Both the position numbers and the translations under genes were made by a program. Below are positions 34,626-44,721 of a DNA stretch of 64,000 nt, in pieces. The number at the start of each line of letters is the position of its first letter. The stretch's first letter is position 1. The DNA is from Candidatus Methanoxibalbensis ujae (lineage in GTDB: Archaea; Halobacteriota; Syntropharchaeia; Alkanophagales; Methanospirareceae). Where the stretch lies: assembly GCA_026134085.1 (NCBI GenBank), contig JAOQIN010000003.1:1-64000 (forward strand). Direction: 5' to 3'. The notes under the pieces are model-generated. The model did no database searches and was not told the DNA's origin. It was given only the letters and a program-made list of their open reading frames with translations.

Positions 34626-35977
34626 AATAACACCTCTTTTAATTTTTTAAGTTCTTTTTTTGCAGGCAAAGGAAGCAATTTTAATTGTGTTATATTGAAA
34701 TGATAAGTTATATCCCTAAACACATCCTTTACATATTTTTTTATTATTTTTGAATTCAAAAATTCAACTACTTCTTCATCAGTGAGATCAAATTGCATAT
34801 TTGTCAAAGTATGCTTTCTCAATAAATGATAAACATCACCCATCCACGGATACGCCCTGTAATCATATGCAGCACCTACTTGTCCATCTCCCCTGAAACC
34901 CAAGCCAACGACTATGTGCGGTTTGTCAAAAAACTTTCTTAACTTTGTTTTTTTATTTCTATCTATCCAATATCCAGTCACAGCTTTATAAATCACTTCA
35001 CCTATTTTCAAGTTCCTCCCATTGAGAACTGGAAGTAAGTTGTCCTTATTTATTTCCTTTGCCCTGATGATCTCTGAATTATGTTTTATCTCCGGTGTTC
35101 TTGGCGATATCTTTATTGTGTATATATCGCCAACTCTATAACTGCAAATTTCATCAACCTTCCTGCTAAATTCTGTGGAGAATGACACAACTTCTCCTTT
35201 CCAACTGTCATTTCTTGTAATCAGTTTTGGGCTGCCATTGTTATAATCAAACAACCTCAGCTTACCCCTTTCTGATCTTGTTTTTACAAATTTTAAAACG
35301 ACAGTAGTCACGTCTGCCTCTGGTTTAAAAACCTCACCACCCATATATACAAGTTCAATTTCACCTCTTGAAGCGAGAAAACTACGAAGTTTTTTGAACT
35401 CATCGAGAATCATGAATGTTGCAGGAACAATAAATATAAGTTGGCCATTTTCTTTTAATAATTTTACAGACTTTTCTATGAATGCTCCATAGACATTGTA
35501 TTTTCCATACCAGGTTTCATATATTTCTTTATATTTTCTTTTTGTCTCATTATCTACACGAATGGTATAATGCTCTGATAAGCTTGGAATACCATAGGGT
35601 GGATTTCCTATGATTATGTCAAATTTTTCGTCTGTCTCCCATAGTAAATAATCACTGTGAATGATTTTTATATCCTGTGCGAGGTTGCTCTCATTTATAT
35701 AATCAATCACCTCTTTATTAATTTCTACACCTATTTTTGGGGAGGAATTTTCAAAAATATGCCTCTTAATTCTTTTGATCCCAGACAAAAACTGACAGAT
35801 TCCGCATGCTGGTTCAAGGATCTTAGCAGTTTGAGGCAACTCATTTTCATTTATTAGATTTACCATAAAATCAACTATCCACTGAGGCGTGAAAAAAATA
35901 CCCCAATCTCTCTTTATATGTTTGATTTTGTTGTTTACTACATTTGCATGAGCCTCAACCTTTGTACTATCCATCAT
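34619..35977 (-). CDS. M.TaqI-like N6-adenine DNA methyltransferase
   Basis: FFTP, LEPACG, GNPPYG, GKYNVYGAF, VPATF, GRNLK and RAYPW motifs. Confidence 0.92.
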   Translation of the reverse strand: MMDSTKVEAHANVVNNKIKHIKRDWGIFFTPQWIVDFMVNLINENELPQTAKILEPACGICQFLSGIKRIKRHIFENSSPKIGVEINKEVIDYINESNLAQDIKIIHSDYLLWETDEKFDIIIGNPPYGIPSLSEHYTIRVDNETKRKYKEIYETWYGKYNVYGAFIEKSVKLLKENGQLIFIVPATFMILDEFKKLRSFLASRGEIELVYMGGEVFKPEADVTTVVLKFVKTRSERGKLRLFDYNNGSPKLITRNDSWKGEVVSFSTEFSRKVDEICSYRVGDIYTIKISPRTPEIKHNSEIIRAKEINKDNLLPVLNGRNLKIGEVIYKAVTGYWIDRNKKTKLRKFFDKPHIVVGLGFRGDGQVGAAYDYRAYPWMGDVYHLLRKHTLTNMQFDLTDEEVVEFLNSKIIKKYVKDVFRDITYHFNITQLKLLPLPAKKELKKLKEVLLW

Positions 35978-36027
35978 GATCTTCCTTTATGTAGTATGCT
36001 TTTAAAATACTTTTAAATTTTTTATCA

Positions 36028-36145
36028 GAGTTTCAGGGCGAAATGTCATATAACCCCGCATATACAACGTTGCGACGAAGTGTGAAGGCAAGGAGTAGCC
36101 TTGGCGTCTGTGCTGTGCCATCTGATGTGCTGTGCCGTTCTCTGT
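36028..36145. repeat. attC-like site S7 (GTT decayed to GCC)
   Basis: GGGCGAAATGTCATATAAC (36052); body nearly identical to S14. Confidence 0.7.
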
Positions 36146-36409
36146 CATAGCTGAGCAAAAACTCGAGCGAGAAAAACCGCCCCTATCTCTGCTGATTGAT
36201 TGTCATGCAGTTGCTCCACTCGCTCGCTGAAATAAAATATTGAAATAAAATAGCTAACATAGCAGTCGCAACAGGAAATGTGAGACACCACAATGCGAGA
36301 GATACCATCGTAGCTGCCATTATTCCCAATCCACCTGAGATAACACCTGCAATACCTGCCGCAACATTTATAAATAAAAAGTCGTTGTAACTGGAAAAGG
36401 TGATGGAAA

Positions 36410-36784
36410 GTGAAGAAAAGGGATCTATATTTGGTGGTATTTGTCTGTAGTCTTGCATCTAACCTACTCGTTCAGCTCACTCCCTCAGTAAACTGGCCCC
36501 CAATTTTTTATGTATTCATCATAACACTTTTCACAACACTCCTCTCCCTTTATCTGCTCATTCTCAATGGCATATTCATGAAACTCTCCAAAGCCGGACT
36601 GTTCCTTTTTCTTCTGATATTCCCCCTCATAATGTTCTTTACGTTTTGGTTCGGTCTGTGGGGTTATTGTGATTTGCTGAATCTGAGCAAAACAGGTGAT
36701 TGCGTACTTGTAGCTCTGATAGTCCTTCCTGTCACAATTGCTGTCGCTGTGGTTGGTCCGATCCTTACGATTTTAAGGAAGTAA
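36410..36784 (+). CDS. Small multi-pass membrane protein, opposite orientation to the array
   Basis: 124-aa ORF with about four hydrophobic segments. Confidence 0.5.
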   Translation: MKKRDLYLVVFVCSLASNLLVQLTPSVNWPPIFYVFIITLFTTLLSLYLLILNGIFMKLSKAGLFLFLLIFPLIMFFTFWFGLWGYCDLLNLSKTGDCVLVALIVLPVTIAVAVVGPILTILRK

Positions 36785-36886
36785 TGAGATGCTAAGAGCA
36801 TGATATTTTCGCCCATAAATTAAGAGGTATTTTGTAATTTTTTCTGTTGGCCTCTCAGATAAGAAATCTGATATCATAAATAACCC

Positions 36887-37612
36887 CTATGTATATCTAC
36901 TTGTTTCATTTGTTACCTCATCCATTTTATCCAGATCATTCTGTTGAAATTGTTTCATAAACTGTTCCATCGGGAAGGGCTTTCCATGCCCCGGAGTTTT
37001 TATTCTCAACTTTTTCAGTTTCTTGACACTTTCATTTGCTACTGTTAAGTCGTCCATAATAGAGCTGAGAACTGGTTTGTCTTTATTTTCAAGCAGATCT
37101 CCGCAAAAAAGATCGCCATCTGCTGTCAGTATTCCTATTGAACCTTTTGAGTTCCCGGGAATATGAAGAACTTTTGCATTGAATCCGTATTCAGTGAGAT
37201 CATATCCCTCATCAATACATAAATCCGGTTTGAATCGCTCCTTTTTGCCAAATCTGAACAGGATGCGAGCCATCATTCCAAGGAGAACATTGCCTTTTCT
37301 CCTGTTCCAGAACATGTCTCCACGTTCGCTCATTCCCGAATCACCATGATGCATCGCTATCCCTGCACCGAACTTTTCACGGAGATGAGCTGCATTGCCT
37401 GTGTGGTCAAAATCTCCATGGGTTAAAACGATAAGTTTGAGATTGCCGGGTTTACACCCCGCTTTTTCAAGTTCTTTTTCAAGTTCGGCGCGCTTATTTG
37501 AACATGCTGTGTCGATCAGGATATAGCCGGTGTCGGTTTCTATGAGGTAGCAATTTACGGTACCTAACTTATAAGGCAGTGGTAAAGTAATGGTCTTGAG
37601 CTTTGTAGACAT
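36887..37612 (-). CDS. MBL-fold metallo-hydrolase (possibly degenerate)
   Basis: THGDFDHTG, PGNS (His replaced by Asn), GD and PGHG motifs. Confidence 0.82.
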   Translation of the reverse strand: MSTKLKTITLPLPYKLGTVNCYLIETDTGYILIDTACSNKRAELEKELEKAGCKPGNLKLIVLTHGDFDHTGNAAHLREKFGAGIAMHHGDSGMSERGDMFWNRRKGNVLLGMMARILFRFGKKERFKPDLCIDEGYDLTEYGFNAKVLHIPGNSKGSIGILTADGDLFCGDLLENKDKPVLSSIMDDLTVANESVKKLKKLRIKTPGHGKPFPMEQFMKQFQQNDLDKMDEVTNETSRYT

Positions 37613-37651
37613 TTTATCCTTCCTCCTTTTCTTGCCGACAGGGCGCTATCT

Positions 37652-38032
37652 TCACTCCAGCTCGTGTCCCCTTTCGACTCGGGACTCTGCGAAGCTGCAG
37701 AGTCGTCTATCGCACGGCTCGTAAGAAGCTGGACACAGCAAGGACACAGTCCAGCCCACGATTCCTCCAAATGCCAGTAGGCGTATCAGAGCTGGATAGG
37801 AGGATTCCCAGATCCACAGCCCCACCATGCCGGGGAGAAACAACACCCAGACGATTATCTGTGCGATCAAAGGCAAGCCTCGCATCCAGTTCCAGACCAA
37901 GTCCAGCCACTCCAAGTTCATGACCAGTGCGACAATGAACCCGCCCCACCACATCGCGAAAATCACGACGGCGTAGGTGCTGAGTACTCGTGTAACAACA
38001 TCGCTCCAGAACGATGGATCCTTCATAATCAC
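37652..38032 (-). CDS. Hypothetical membrane protein
   Basis: Trp-rich hydrophobic ORF directly after site S8. Confidence 0.6.
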   Translation of the reverse strand: MIMKDPSFWSDVVTRVLSTYAVVIFAMWWGGFIVALVMNLEWLDLVWNWMRGLPLIAQIIVWVLFLPGMVGLWIWESSYPALIRLLAFGGIVGWTVSLLCPASYEPCDRRLCSFAESRVERGHELE

Positions 38033-38067
38033 TCATCCCTTCTTCATGGCTATGCCTCTTTATATGC

Positions 38068-38160
38068 TTTCGCTTAACGTTTCGCGGATAAAAGACGAAG
38101 GCTTGGAAATCTTTGATTTCACTTTTATCCGCTGTTGGGCGTCCCAATGGGCAAAATTTT
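38068..38160. repeat. attC-like site S8
   Basis: GCTTAAC (38076) GTTTC GCGGATAAAAG...CTTTTATCCGC T GTTGGGC (38134). Confidence 0.85.
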
Positions 38161-38411
38161 TCTAAAAAGAAGTTTTGAGTTTTCGAGAGCTCGGTTTTAT
38201 TCTGCTTATGGCTTTATTATCAAACTACATGGAGTATCTGAGCTATAAGCTTGGCGTTACTTTCTACGATGTTGTCAATCTTTGCTCCGTTGAGATAGTA
38301 CAAGCATTTGCTTACGTGATCACGTGGTCAGTTTCAATGATTAAAATCCCGAAAAGATTAGATCAGTCTGAGTTTGAGTGGGTGCTGTGTGATATTGTAT
38401 TGGATATTGTG

Positions 38412-39104
38412 TTAGATGTCTTGGAGGGGTCGAATGGTTGTACCGGTTCCGCCTCCTGGGTCTAGGTCGAGGATGATAAGGAGTCCCCTATACCCCTCTT
38501 TCTTCACGACTATTTCGTAGACTTCTCCAAGCTTAAACATGTGACTTAATTCTCCATTGCTATCGGTGTAACCTACGAATGTGCCGTTTATGTAGACTTC
38601 AGCTTTCTCGACGGGACGTCCATTGGAGGTAATGCGCATAACTTTGAACTGCTTATCATCGTACAACCTTTCAAGCTTCATGCTAAAAGACAGATATCCT
38701 TTAAGTCTTACGTTGACGAACGTTGCTTGGGGGAAGAAACCTTCCTTTTCGGCGTAAATTTTGTACCATCCTTCCTCCTCGAAAACATGGGTGATTTCTC
38801 CGCTTGAGTTCGTCTCGCCTATGTACATTCCCTTCGTCGATAAGTTGTGGTCCTTCGCGACGTAAACCTTGGCTCCCTTGACGGGGTTGCCTCTGAAATC
38901 TCTGACAATTATCTTGACTCTCTCGCCGATTGTTGGGTTCTCGGGTATGAGGTCTATCTTCAGCTTGTTAGCTTCTGGCTTCTCTGGCTGCTTTGTCTCC
39001 ATTACTTCAACTTCAATAATTTTCATGTTTAACGCTAAAGTGCTAACTATCAGCATGACTATAGCTACGGCTGTAGCTAGGAAGATGGCTCCCCTTCTAT
39101 GCAT
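38412..39104 (-). CDS. Secreted protein with two carboxypeptidase-regulatory/PEGA-like beta domains
   Basis: Signal peptide; repeated G.PV..A.VY..G.T...GE...Y.I...KEG. Confidence 0.65.
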   Translation of the reverse strand: MHRRGAIFLATAVAIVMLIVSTLALNMKIIEVEVMETKQPEKPEANKLKIDLIPENPTIGERVKIIVRDFRGNPVKGAKVYVAKDHNLSTKGMYIGETNSSGEITHVFEEEGWYKIYAEKEGFFPQATFVNVRLKGYLSFSMKLERLYDDKQFKVMRITSNGRPVEKAEVYINGTFVGYTDSNGELSHMFKLGEVYEIVVKKEGYRGLLIILDLDPGGGTGTTIRPLQDI

Positions 39105-39156
39105 CTGTATCCTTCGATAAATTTAATGTGTTCACGTATTTAAATATTTCATTCTT

Positions 39157-39786
39157 TCATTCTCGCAATATCTTCTGATCAGGCAGTCTTCGCATTTGGG
39201 ATTCCGCGACCTGCAAATTCGCCTTCCAAATTCTATCAGTATTGGGTTTTCGTTCTTTGTTTTGGTGGTATCTCAGATTCGAGTTTCGCTCTCAAACTCT
39301 CATAATTGTCTCTTTCACCGGCTATTCCCAATCTTTTCATTATTCTGAAAATGTGAACATCAATGGGTAGTACCTGTTCTCCCTTAATCGCCATTAAAAA
39401 GACATCTGCGGTTTTCGGGCCAATTCCCTTTATTGAGGTCAGTTTTTTCTTTACCTCGTCATAAGGAAGTTTCAATATTTTTATCTTTCCATCGTATTTT
39501 TCAACTAAATCTTCGGCGATATTTTTGATTCTTCTGGCTCTGATCCTATATAAACCCGCCGGTTTAATAACTTTCTCAATCTCTCTCATTTGCCTTTGCC
39601 ACATCTTCAATGCCATTAAACCTCTCACTAAATCTTTCAGTGGCAGTTCTCACATTTTTCCAATACATTCGCTGGGAAAGGATTATACTAACCAATGTTT
39701 CGAACGGAGTATATCTTTCCCACCACTCGTTGATTTTGTATTTCTTAGGATCTCCTCTATCTTTTGAAGTTTTGTTCCCATACTCA
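39157..39786 (-). pseudogene. nth: Endonuclease III (Nth) family, frameshifted
   Basis: PFETLVSIILSQ, then GIGPKTA and PIDVH, then GRRICRSRNPKCEDC, spread over broken frames. Confidence 0.8.
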
Positions 39787-40291
39787 TCACTTGGCAGCAC
39801 TCGCCTTACAGATGTATCTCATCTTACATCGTGCGCATCCCTTTTTTCTTCCGAACTGATTTAGCACCATTATCGCCAGGAAGCCAGTTAGACTTATTCC
39901 ACCAGATACTGAAAATTCCCCGTGCAGAAACATCGCAACGGGAATGGCGATGATTGGAATAATTGTCAATAGACCTCAGGTTAAACAAGCCGGTTTCACT
40001 CCCACATCATAATTACCGGATTTCTGAATAAACACGAACTCGATTTACCCCAGCCGGTGCCGCACAACTTGCCGTAGTAATAGCAATGCGTGCAAAGATG
40101 TTCCCTTAATGAATCCGAGCATTAAAAAAGCAAATAACATATAAATGAACGGACAATCCCTCAAGTTTCAATGCAGACATACTGTGAGCTGCGAATCCAA
40201 ACCAGAGCAATAGCAAAACATTTGTTAAAACCGCCGTTGCCTTTAATTCTCCAATCCATTTTCGTATAGTTTTTGTTTTTCCATATTTCAC
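39787..40291 (-). pseudogene. Cys-rich membrane protein remnant
   Basis: CTHCYYYGKLCGTGWG and CARCKMRYIC in different frames. Confidence 0.5.
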
Positions 40292-41217
40292 ACTTTCTTT
40301 CTATTTTCCACATTATAAGCACATATTAAATAATAAATTACCCATCCCCTGAACTCGCCCCACCTTTCCGTAAATTTTCTAACGGTATCTCCTGATTGAA
40401 GTTTTCCGTCAAAGTAGAAGTGTGAAACTGCTTTTCTGGCTCCGAGGTCATCGGGAACGCAGAGATCCATTCTTCCTAATGTCGTTATCAGTATTAACTC
40501 GGCAGTCCACCTTCCGATTCCCTTAAATTTCATCAACTCTTCAATTGCTCCCTCATTACCCAATCTTTTAATTTTCTCCAAATCGTATCCATCGGCAACT
40601 TTCAGTGCGAGTTCTTTGATGTATCTGGCTTTCTGACGGGATAACTTACACTTCCTCAATTCGTTCTCATCGGCATTTGCCAACACTTGAGGTGAAGGAA
40701 AATCGTAATATGGTTCGCCATCGATTTCTATTTTCTCTCCGAATCTTTTGACCAATTCCCCAGTCATGACATAGGCAACCCGTAAAGAAATCTGCTGCTG
40801 GATTATCACTCTGATCGCTCCCTCAAATATACTCGCCCCGATTCCCGGCGGTCTCAGACCGTAAAGTTCTTTCTTTATCTTACGAAGTATCTCATCTTGT
40901 TCCATAAAATCATACAATGCTCTGAGGTCATCTCTCAATCTAAAAATGTCCGCGATTTTATCCGACAGATATCTCTTCTCTTTCGTATTGAGTTTGGAAA
41001 ATGCGTTAACCCTCAACTTTGGCTTTTCCACAGTGCCAACAGAAGTAACCTCCATTGGAACTAATCTATCTCCAATTTTAAAACTCCGTCTCCAAATGCC
41101 ATCTTTATAAATTTCTGGCTGTGGCTCTTTCGATGAAGAATAAAATTTCCACTGCAGATCAAAATCATAGGGCGGAGTTGGTAGGAGTTCGAATGAAGTT
41201 TTATCCATGATAATCAC
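40288..41217 (-). CDS. alkA: DNA-3-methyladenine glycosylase II (AlkA family)
   Basis: IIQQQIS, FPSPQ, KGIGRWTAE and DDLG (HhH-GPD) motifs. Confidence 0.9.
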   Translation of the reverse strand: MIIMDKTSFELLPTPPYDFDLQWKFYSSSKEPQPEIYKDGIWRRSFKIGDRLVPMEVTSVGTVEKPKLRVNAFSKLNTKEKRYLSDKIADIFRLRDDLRALYDFMEQDEILRKIKKELYGLRPPGIGASIFEGAIRVIIQQQISLRVAYVMTGELVKRFGEKIEIDGEPYYDFPSPQVLANADENELRKCKLSRQKARYIKELALKVADGYDLEKIKRLGNEGAIEELMKFKGIGRWTAELILITTLGRMDLCVPDDLGARKAVSHFYFDGKLQSGDTVRKFTERWGEFRGWVIYYLICAYNVENRKKV

Positions 41218-41287
41218 TTAAATTCAATTTATTTAATAATTTTTTCACACGTCGTGTCAAATCAAGATTTGAAAATAGCGAACCCTC

Positions 41288-41426
41288 GAAATTTCGCCTA
41301 ACGTTTTGCGGACATACGAAGTTCTGCTTTGCGAAATTTGGGCGTAGCCGAAGGCGAAGCCACATATCCGCCTGTTGTCCGAGTGCGTTAGCGCCGAAGC
41401 GAAGCGGAGAGTTCACGGAGCCCCGC
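41288..41426. repeat. attC-like site S9
   Basis: GCCTAAC (41300), GAAGTT..AAATTTGG, CCTGTTGTCCGA (41374), arm GAGTTCACGGAGCCCCGC. Confidence 0.88.
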
Positions 41427-41433
41427 CGAGAAA

Positions 41434-41823
41434 TTAAACTTGCTTTTCTCTTATTATCAAAAAAACTATTGAAAGTATTAACCCTGTTGTATAAAGAGGA
41501 GAAATTGTAAAGTAAAATGGAAAGAATAGGTTAGGTATTACAGAAATGGTTGTGACTAAAACTTCGGTGAAATTGTAACCAAAATATAAAACTGATGAAT
41601 ATTCTCCCAAATTTTTCTTCTTCAGTAAGGTATAAGCGATTACTACTCCAACAAGACCATTCGCTAATAAACATATTGAAGTGTTTATGCCACCTAATTT
41701 AATGCCAAAGAAATGGGTTTCTGGAGTTATAAATGAAGTAAAAACTAAACCGAAGAAATTTAGTCCAAGAAGAAATATGAGTATGTACCTCACAATATTG
41801 GCTAAATTTATGTTTTTCATCAT
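41434..41823 (-). CDS. Hypothetical membrane protein (single-gene cassette)
   Basis: 129-aa hydrophobic ORF filling the space between S9 and S10. Confidence 0.7.
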   Translation of the reverse strand: MMKNINLANIVRYILIFLLGLNFFGLVFTSFITPETHFFGIKLGGINTSICLLANGLVGVVIAYTLLKKKNLGEYSSVLYFGYNFTEVLVTTISVIPNLFFPFYFTISPLYTTGLILSIVFLIIREKQV

Positions 41824-41866
41824 AGTTTATATTAAATACTAAATTATTTTAAAAACTTCTTCCTAA

Positions 41867-42027
41867 GCGGGGCGGAGTGAATTTCGGACAACGTCTGGGG
41901 CGTATGCGGAGTTGCGGAGCGAAGCGACGCAATTTGGGTGTAGCGACCATAAGGGGGCAAAACCGCATACGCACCTGTTGTCCGAGTGCGAAAGCACCGA
42001 GCAATCCGAAGGCGAGAGTCCCGCCGC
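41867..42027. repeat. attC-like site S10
   Basis: TCGGACAAC (41890), GCGTATGCG..CGCATACGC stem, CTGTTGTCCGA (41977), plus outer arm. Confidence 0.88.
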
Positions 42028-42429
42028 TCATATTTTTTCTTCCTCCATCCATATTTTAAGATAGCTTTTTAACGTTTGAACGAAATTTTTGGCAGTTTCT
42101 AACATATCTCTTGCCTCTCCTTCAGTGACGATAAAACCTATGCCGTAATCCCCTATCAATCTTTTATCATAGGCATCGTTAAGCGTTTTCCTCAAACCTC
42201 TATCAAAAATTCCTGTTTTTATAAAGTGTTCTCCAAATAAACTTATCCAAATAAACCTATCACTCCTTTATGAGAAGAAGCACTCAAGTTCTTGGTAAGA
42301 AGTGCCGCTTCTGCCATGAAAAACATCGCATAATAGTTGAAACACAGGAATCGTAATCTCCAATATTAAGGGTTTGTTCTGCTGTTTTTAGAAATTTCCT
42401 TTTTCTATGAAATCCTTTATCTCCTTCAT
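42028..42429 (-). pseudogene. HEPN-domain toxin remnant
   Basis: YYAMF..AEAAL..SSHKGVI and AYDKRLIGDY in broken frames. Confidence 0.75.
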
Positions 42430-42746
42430 ATCCTTATCCCCTCTTTCCTCACATTTATTACAAATGGATAATTATAGTTTTCAAAGAAGGTCTTAGGAAG
42501 AGCAATAACCGAAACAAGTTCTCCCTTCTCAAGTAATATGTCAAACAGAAGGTCACTCAAACTTCTCCTCACCTCAAAGGGATCAATTGAATCATCAATG
42601 AGCACAAGTAAATCTATGTCTGAATCTTTTGTCGCTTCGCCTCTCGCATGAGAACCATAAAGAATAATCTTTTTAATCTTATCTCTATATCTTTCTATCA
42701 GATGACATTTCACTTGATTTACCAGTTGAGTTATTCTCTTATCCAT
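42426..42746 (-). CDS. Minimal nucleotidyltransferase (MNT) antitoxin
   Basis: LYGSHARG..SDIDLL; EGIRI C-terminus. Confidence 0.88.
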   Translation of the reverse strand: MDKRITQLVNQVKCHLIERYRDKIKKIILYGSHARGEATKDSDIDLLVLIDDSIDPFEVRRSLSDLLFDILLEKGELVSVIALPKTFFENYNYPFVINVRKEGIRI

Positions 42747-42763
42747 TTTTTCACCACTTTAAA

Positions 42764-42900
42764 CGGGGTTCGGGATTTCGGACAACGTTCTGGTATGTGA
42801 AGTTTTGCCTTGCGAAATTTGCACGAGCGTTAGCGAGCCACCTCCTGTTAGCAGACTTGAAGGGCAAGGTGCGAAGCATTGCAGAGTGACAAAGCCCGCC
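42764..42900. repeat. attC-like site S11
   Basis: TCGGACAAC (42784), GAAGTTTTGC..GCGAAATTTG, CCTGTTAGCAG (42847), arm TGCGAAGCA..GAGTG..CCCGCC. Confidence 0.82.
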
Positions 42901-42923
42901 ACACATCCAGACAATCACTGAGT

Positions 42924-43388
42924 TTATTTTCTAATGGTCATTTTGCATCCTTTGTCTGTAAATTCCGCCGTCAAATTCACTCCTAAATTCTCGGCAACGG
43001 GCTTGAAGTAACCATTTATGCACCCACCACAATGTTGCTCCTTCGTTATCGGAGCTCCTTTCTCTGCAAATTCCAGGGCTACCTTTAGATTGTTGCATTC
43101 CTTAATCTCCAAAGTAACACTTCCATCCTCATTTGGCACAACATCCACATCGCTACCAAAGACATTTTTGCATGTTATCGCCTGGGTCATCGCAAAACCC
43201 ATAGGGTCATCTTTTCCCATCGCTTTAAATTGTTCAGCAGATTGCTTTGCCACTCGTTGATTGTATTCTTCCAATCCCTGCGGCCCCAGTTTCTCCATGA
43301 TGAAGCCAATTGCTCCATACATCTGCTCCACCCACATTTGGGTGAACATCTTTTGTCTTTCTTTTTCCGGCAAAGTCGGTATTTCCAT
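42924..43388 (-). CDS. Hypothetical protein with conserved Cys (V4R/ATC-hydrolase-like ligand-binding fold); the upstream extension in the ORF track is probably spurious
   Basis: RBS-like GGGGT before MEIPTL; EC..HC..C..GC pattern. Confidence 0.55.
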   Translation of the reverse strand: MEIPTLPEKERQKMFTQMWVEQMYGAIGFIMEKLGPQGLEEYNQRVAKQSAEQFKAMGKDDPMGFAMTQAITCKNVFGSDVDVVPNEDGSVTLEIKECNNLKVALEFAEKGAPITKEQHCGGCINGYFKPVAENLGVNLTAEFTDKGCKMTIRK

Positions 43389-43874
43389 CTCTTTTACCCC
43401 CTGTTTGAATGTTGTTTTATGATTGCATATAAACTTACTCCTTCTCAAGGCGGGCCTGGGCATTTCACTGGGGATATGTGAAGTTTCCCGTAGGCAAATC
43501 TGGATGAACTTTTCACCGCGCCATCTCCCAGCATGAAACATAAATTTACCGAAGGCTGATATACCTCCACCAAAAGAGTTTGTTCCGGCATAGAGCTCCA
43601 TCATAACGGTATAGTGAAAGATAACCAGGGGTGAATGATCGCACTCTGTAGTGTCCCACCATGAGACCCAGCACAAATGGATTGTAAAGTGAGGTCTCAG
43701 TCGAATACCATAAGCGAGGGCAGCTCCTTCATAATGCCTTCTGGCAGGAAAAAAAGCCGAAAGCGTGGGCAAGAGCTGGGAATGTAAAGAAAAACATGAA
43801 AGCATACCCTGTTCTTACCCAAAGACTTTCGTGGCCTGAGTCTTTTATGCTTCATTTTTCAGTGCCCCCTACTA

Positions 43875-44013
43875 TCGGCTGTTTCATCTAACATATCGCA
43901 AATATGCGAAGTTTGGCGTAAGCCAAATTTGGCAATCTTTGATTGCGAAACCACATATTTGCTGTTATGTCCCCCGATAGGGTAAATTGCGAAGCAATTT
44001 GAGTTCCGCCGCC
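43875..44013. repeat. attC-like site S12
   Basis: ATCTAAC (43890) ATATC GCAAATATG..CATATTTGC T GTTATGTC (43964), arm AATTGCGAAGCAATT-GAGTTCCGCCGCC. Confidence 0.88.
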
Positions 44014-44021
44014 GAGCATTA

Positions 44022-44698
44022 TTATAATTCTACTGTGGCAATTATTGGTAAATGATCGGACAGTCTTGGCTTTTGATTAAAATTTCGTTCTCATCACCAA
44101 CCTTGATTTCCTCAACTTTGACATCTTTCGGGATAAAAAGATAATCCAATTGATATGGTTTCTTGTTCGCAGGAGAAATAAAAGTAAAAGCTTTTGGGAT
44201 GAATTTAAGAGAGATTATAACCTATTTGATAGTTCTTTTTTCTGCTAGTATTCCCCAATCTTTATATTTACATCGAAACTTTTCATCCATATTGAAATCT
44301 CCGCCAATAATGATCGTTTGCACTCTATTCATTATTCCGAATATAGCTTAACATACTAAAAACTTGGAGAACTCATTTTCATCAAGTCCAATATAATTGT
44401 AAACATAAATACTATTCTTTTCTCAGCTAATTCCATTTTGGCAGAAACATAAAAATCTACAAGCACATCAATTTCTGAATTATTGGAAATTATGTTTTCT
44501 TCTTTTACCTGCATTATATCCAGATTTTTCTTAATCAATACAGCATTCATTTCACCACGGATAATATGGTATTTTTTCTTATCGCATAAGCATATAAACT
44601 AAATAATCCCACCTCAAAATCTAGTTTATTAAAATAGTAAAATTTTTTCTTGTATATGCAGCTCTGTTTATGTTCCATGTAACGATTTTCAGCTTCAT
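44022..44698 (-). pseudogene. Endonuclease/exonuclease/phosphatase (EEP) family remnant
   Basis: MKLKIVTWNI, IIGGDFN, YQLDYLF and SDHLP in shifted frames. Confidence 0.8.
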
Positions 44699-44721
44699 TT
44701 TCAATCCCCCTCTATTTGTGA

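Noticed and set aside
41201..42059. Short ORFs 41201-41416, 41849-42052 and 41877-42059 (likewise 31281-31469 and 33661-33849)
   Set aside because: They are translations of the palindromic sites, not genes.
43389..43805. N-terminal 139 aa of the 293-aa ORF in the track
   Set aside because: Looks like read-through of a decayed upstream gene; an RBS-like sequence precedes the ATG at 43388.
26168..43892. Long-range match GTTAGATGAA (26168) / TTCATCTAAC (43883) as one giant cassette
   Set aside because: A closer partner with matching outer arm exists at 26816-26829; the match probably reflects a shared site subfamily.
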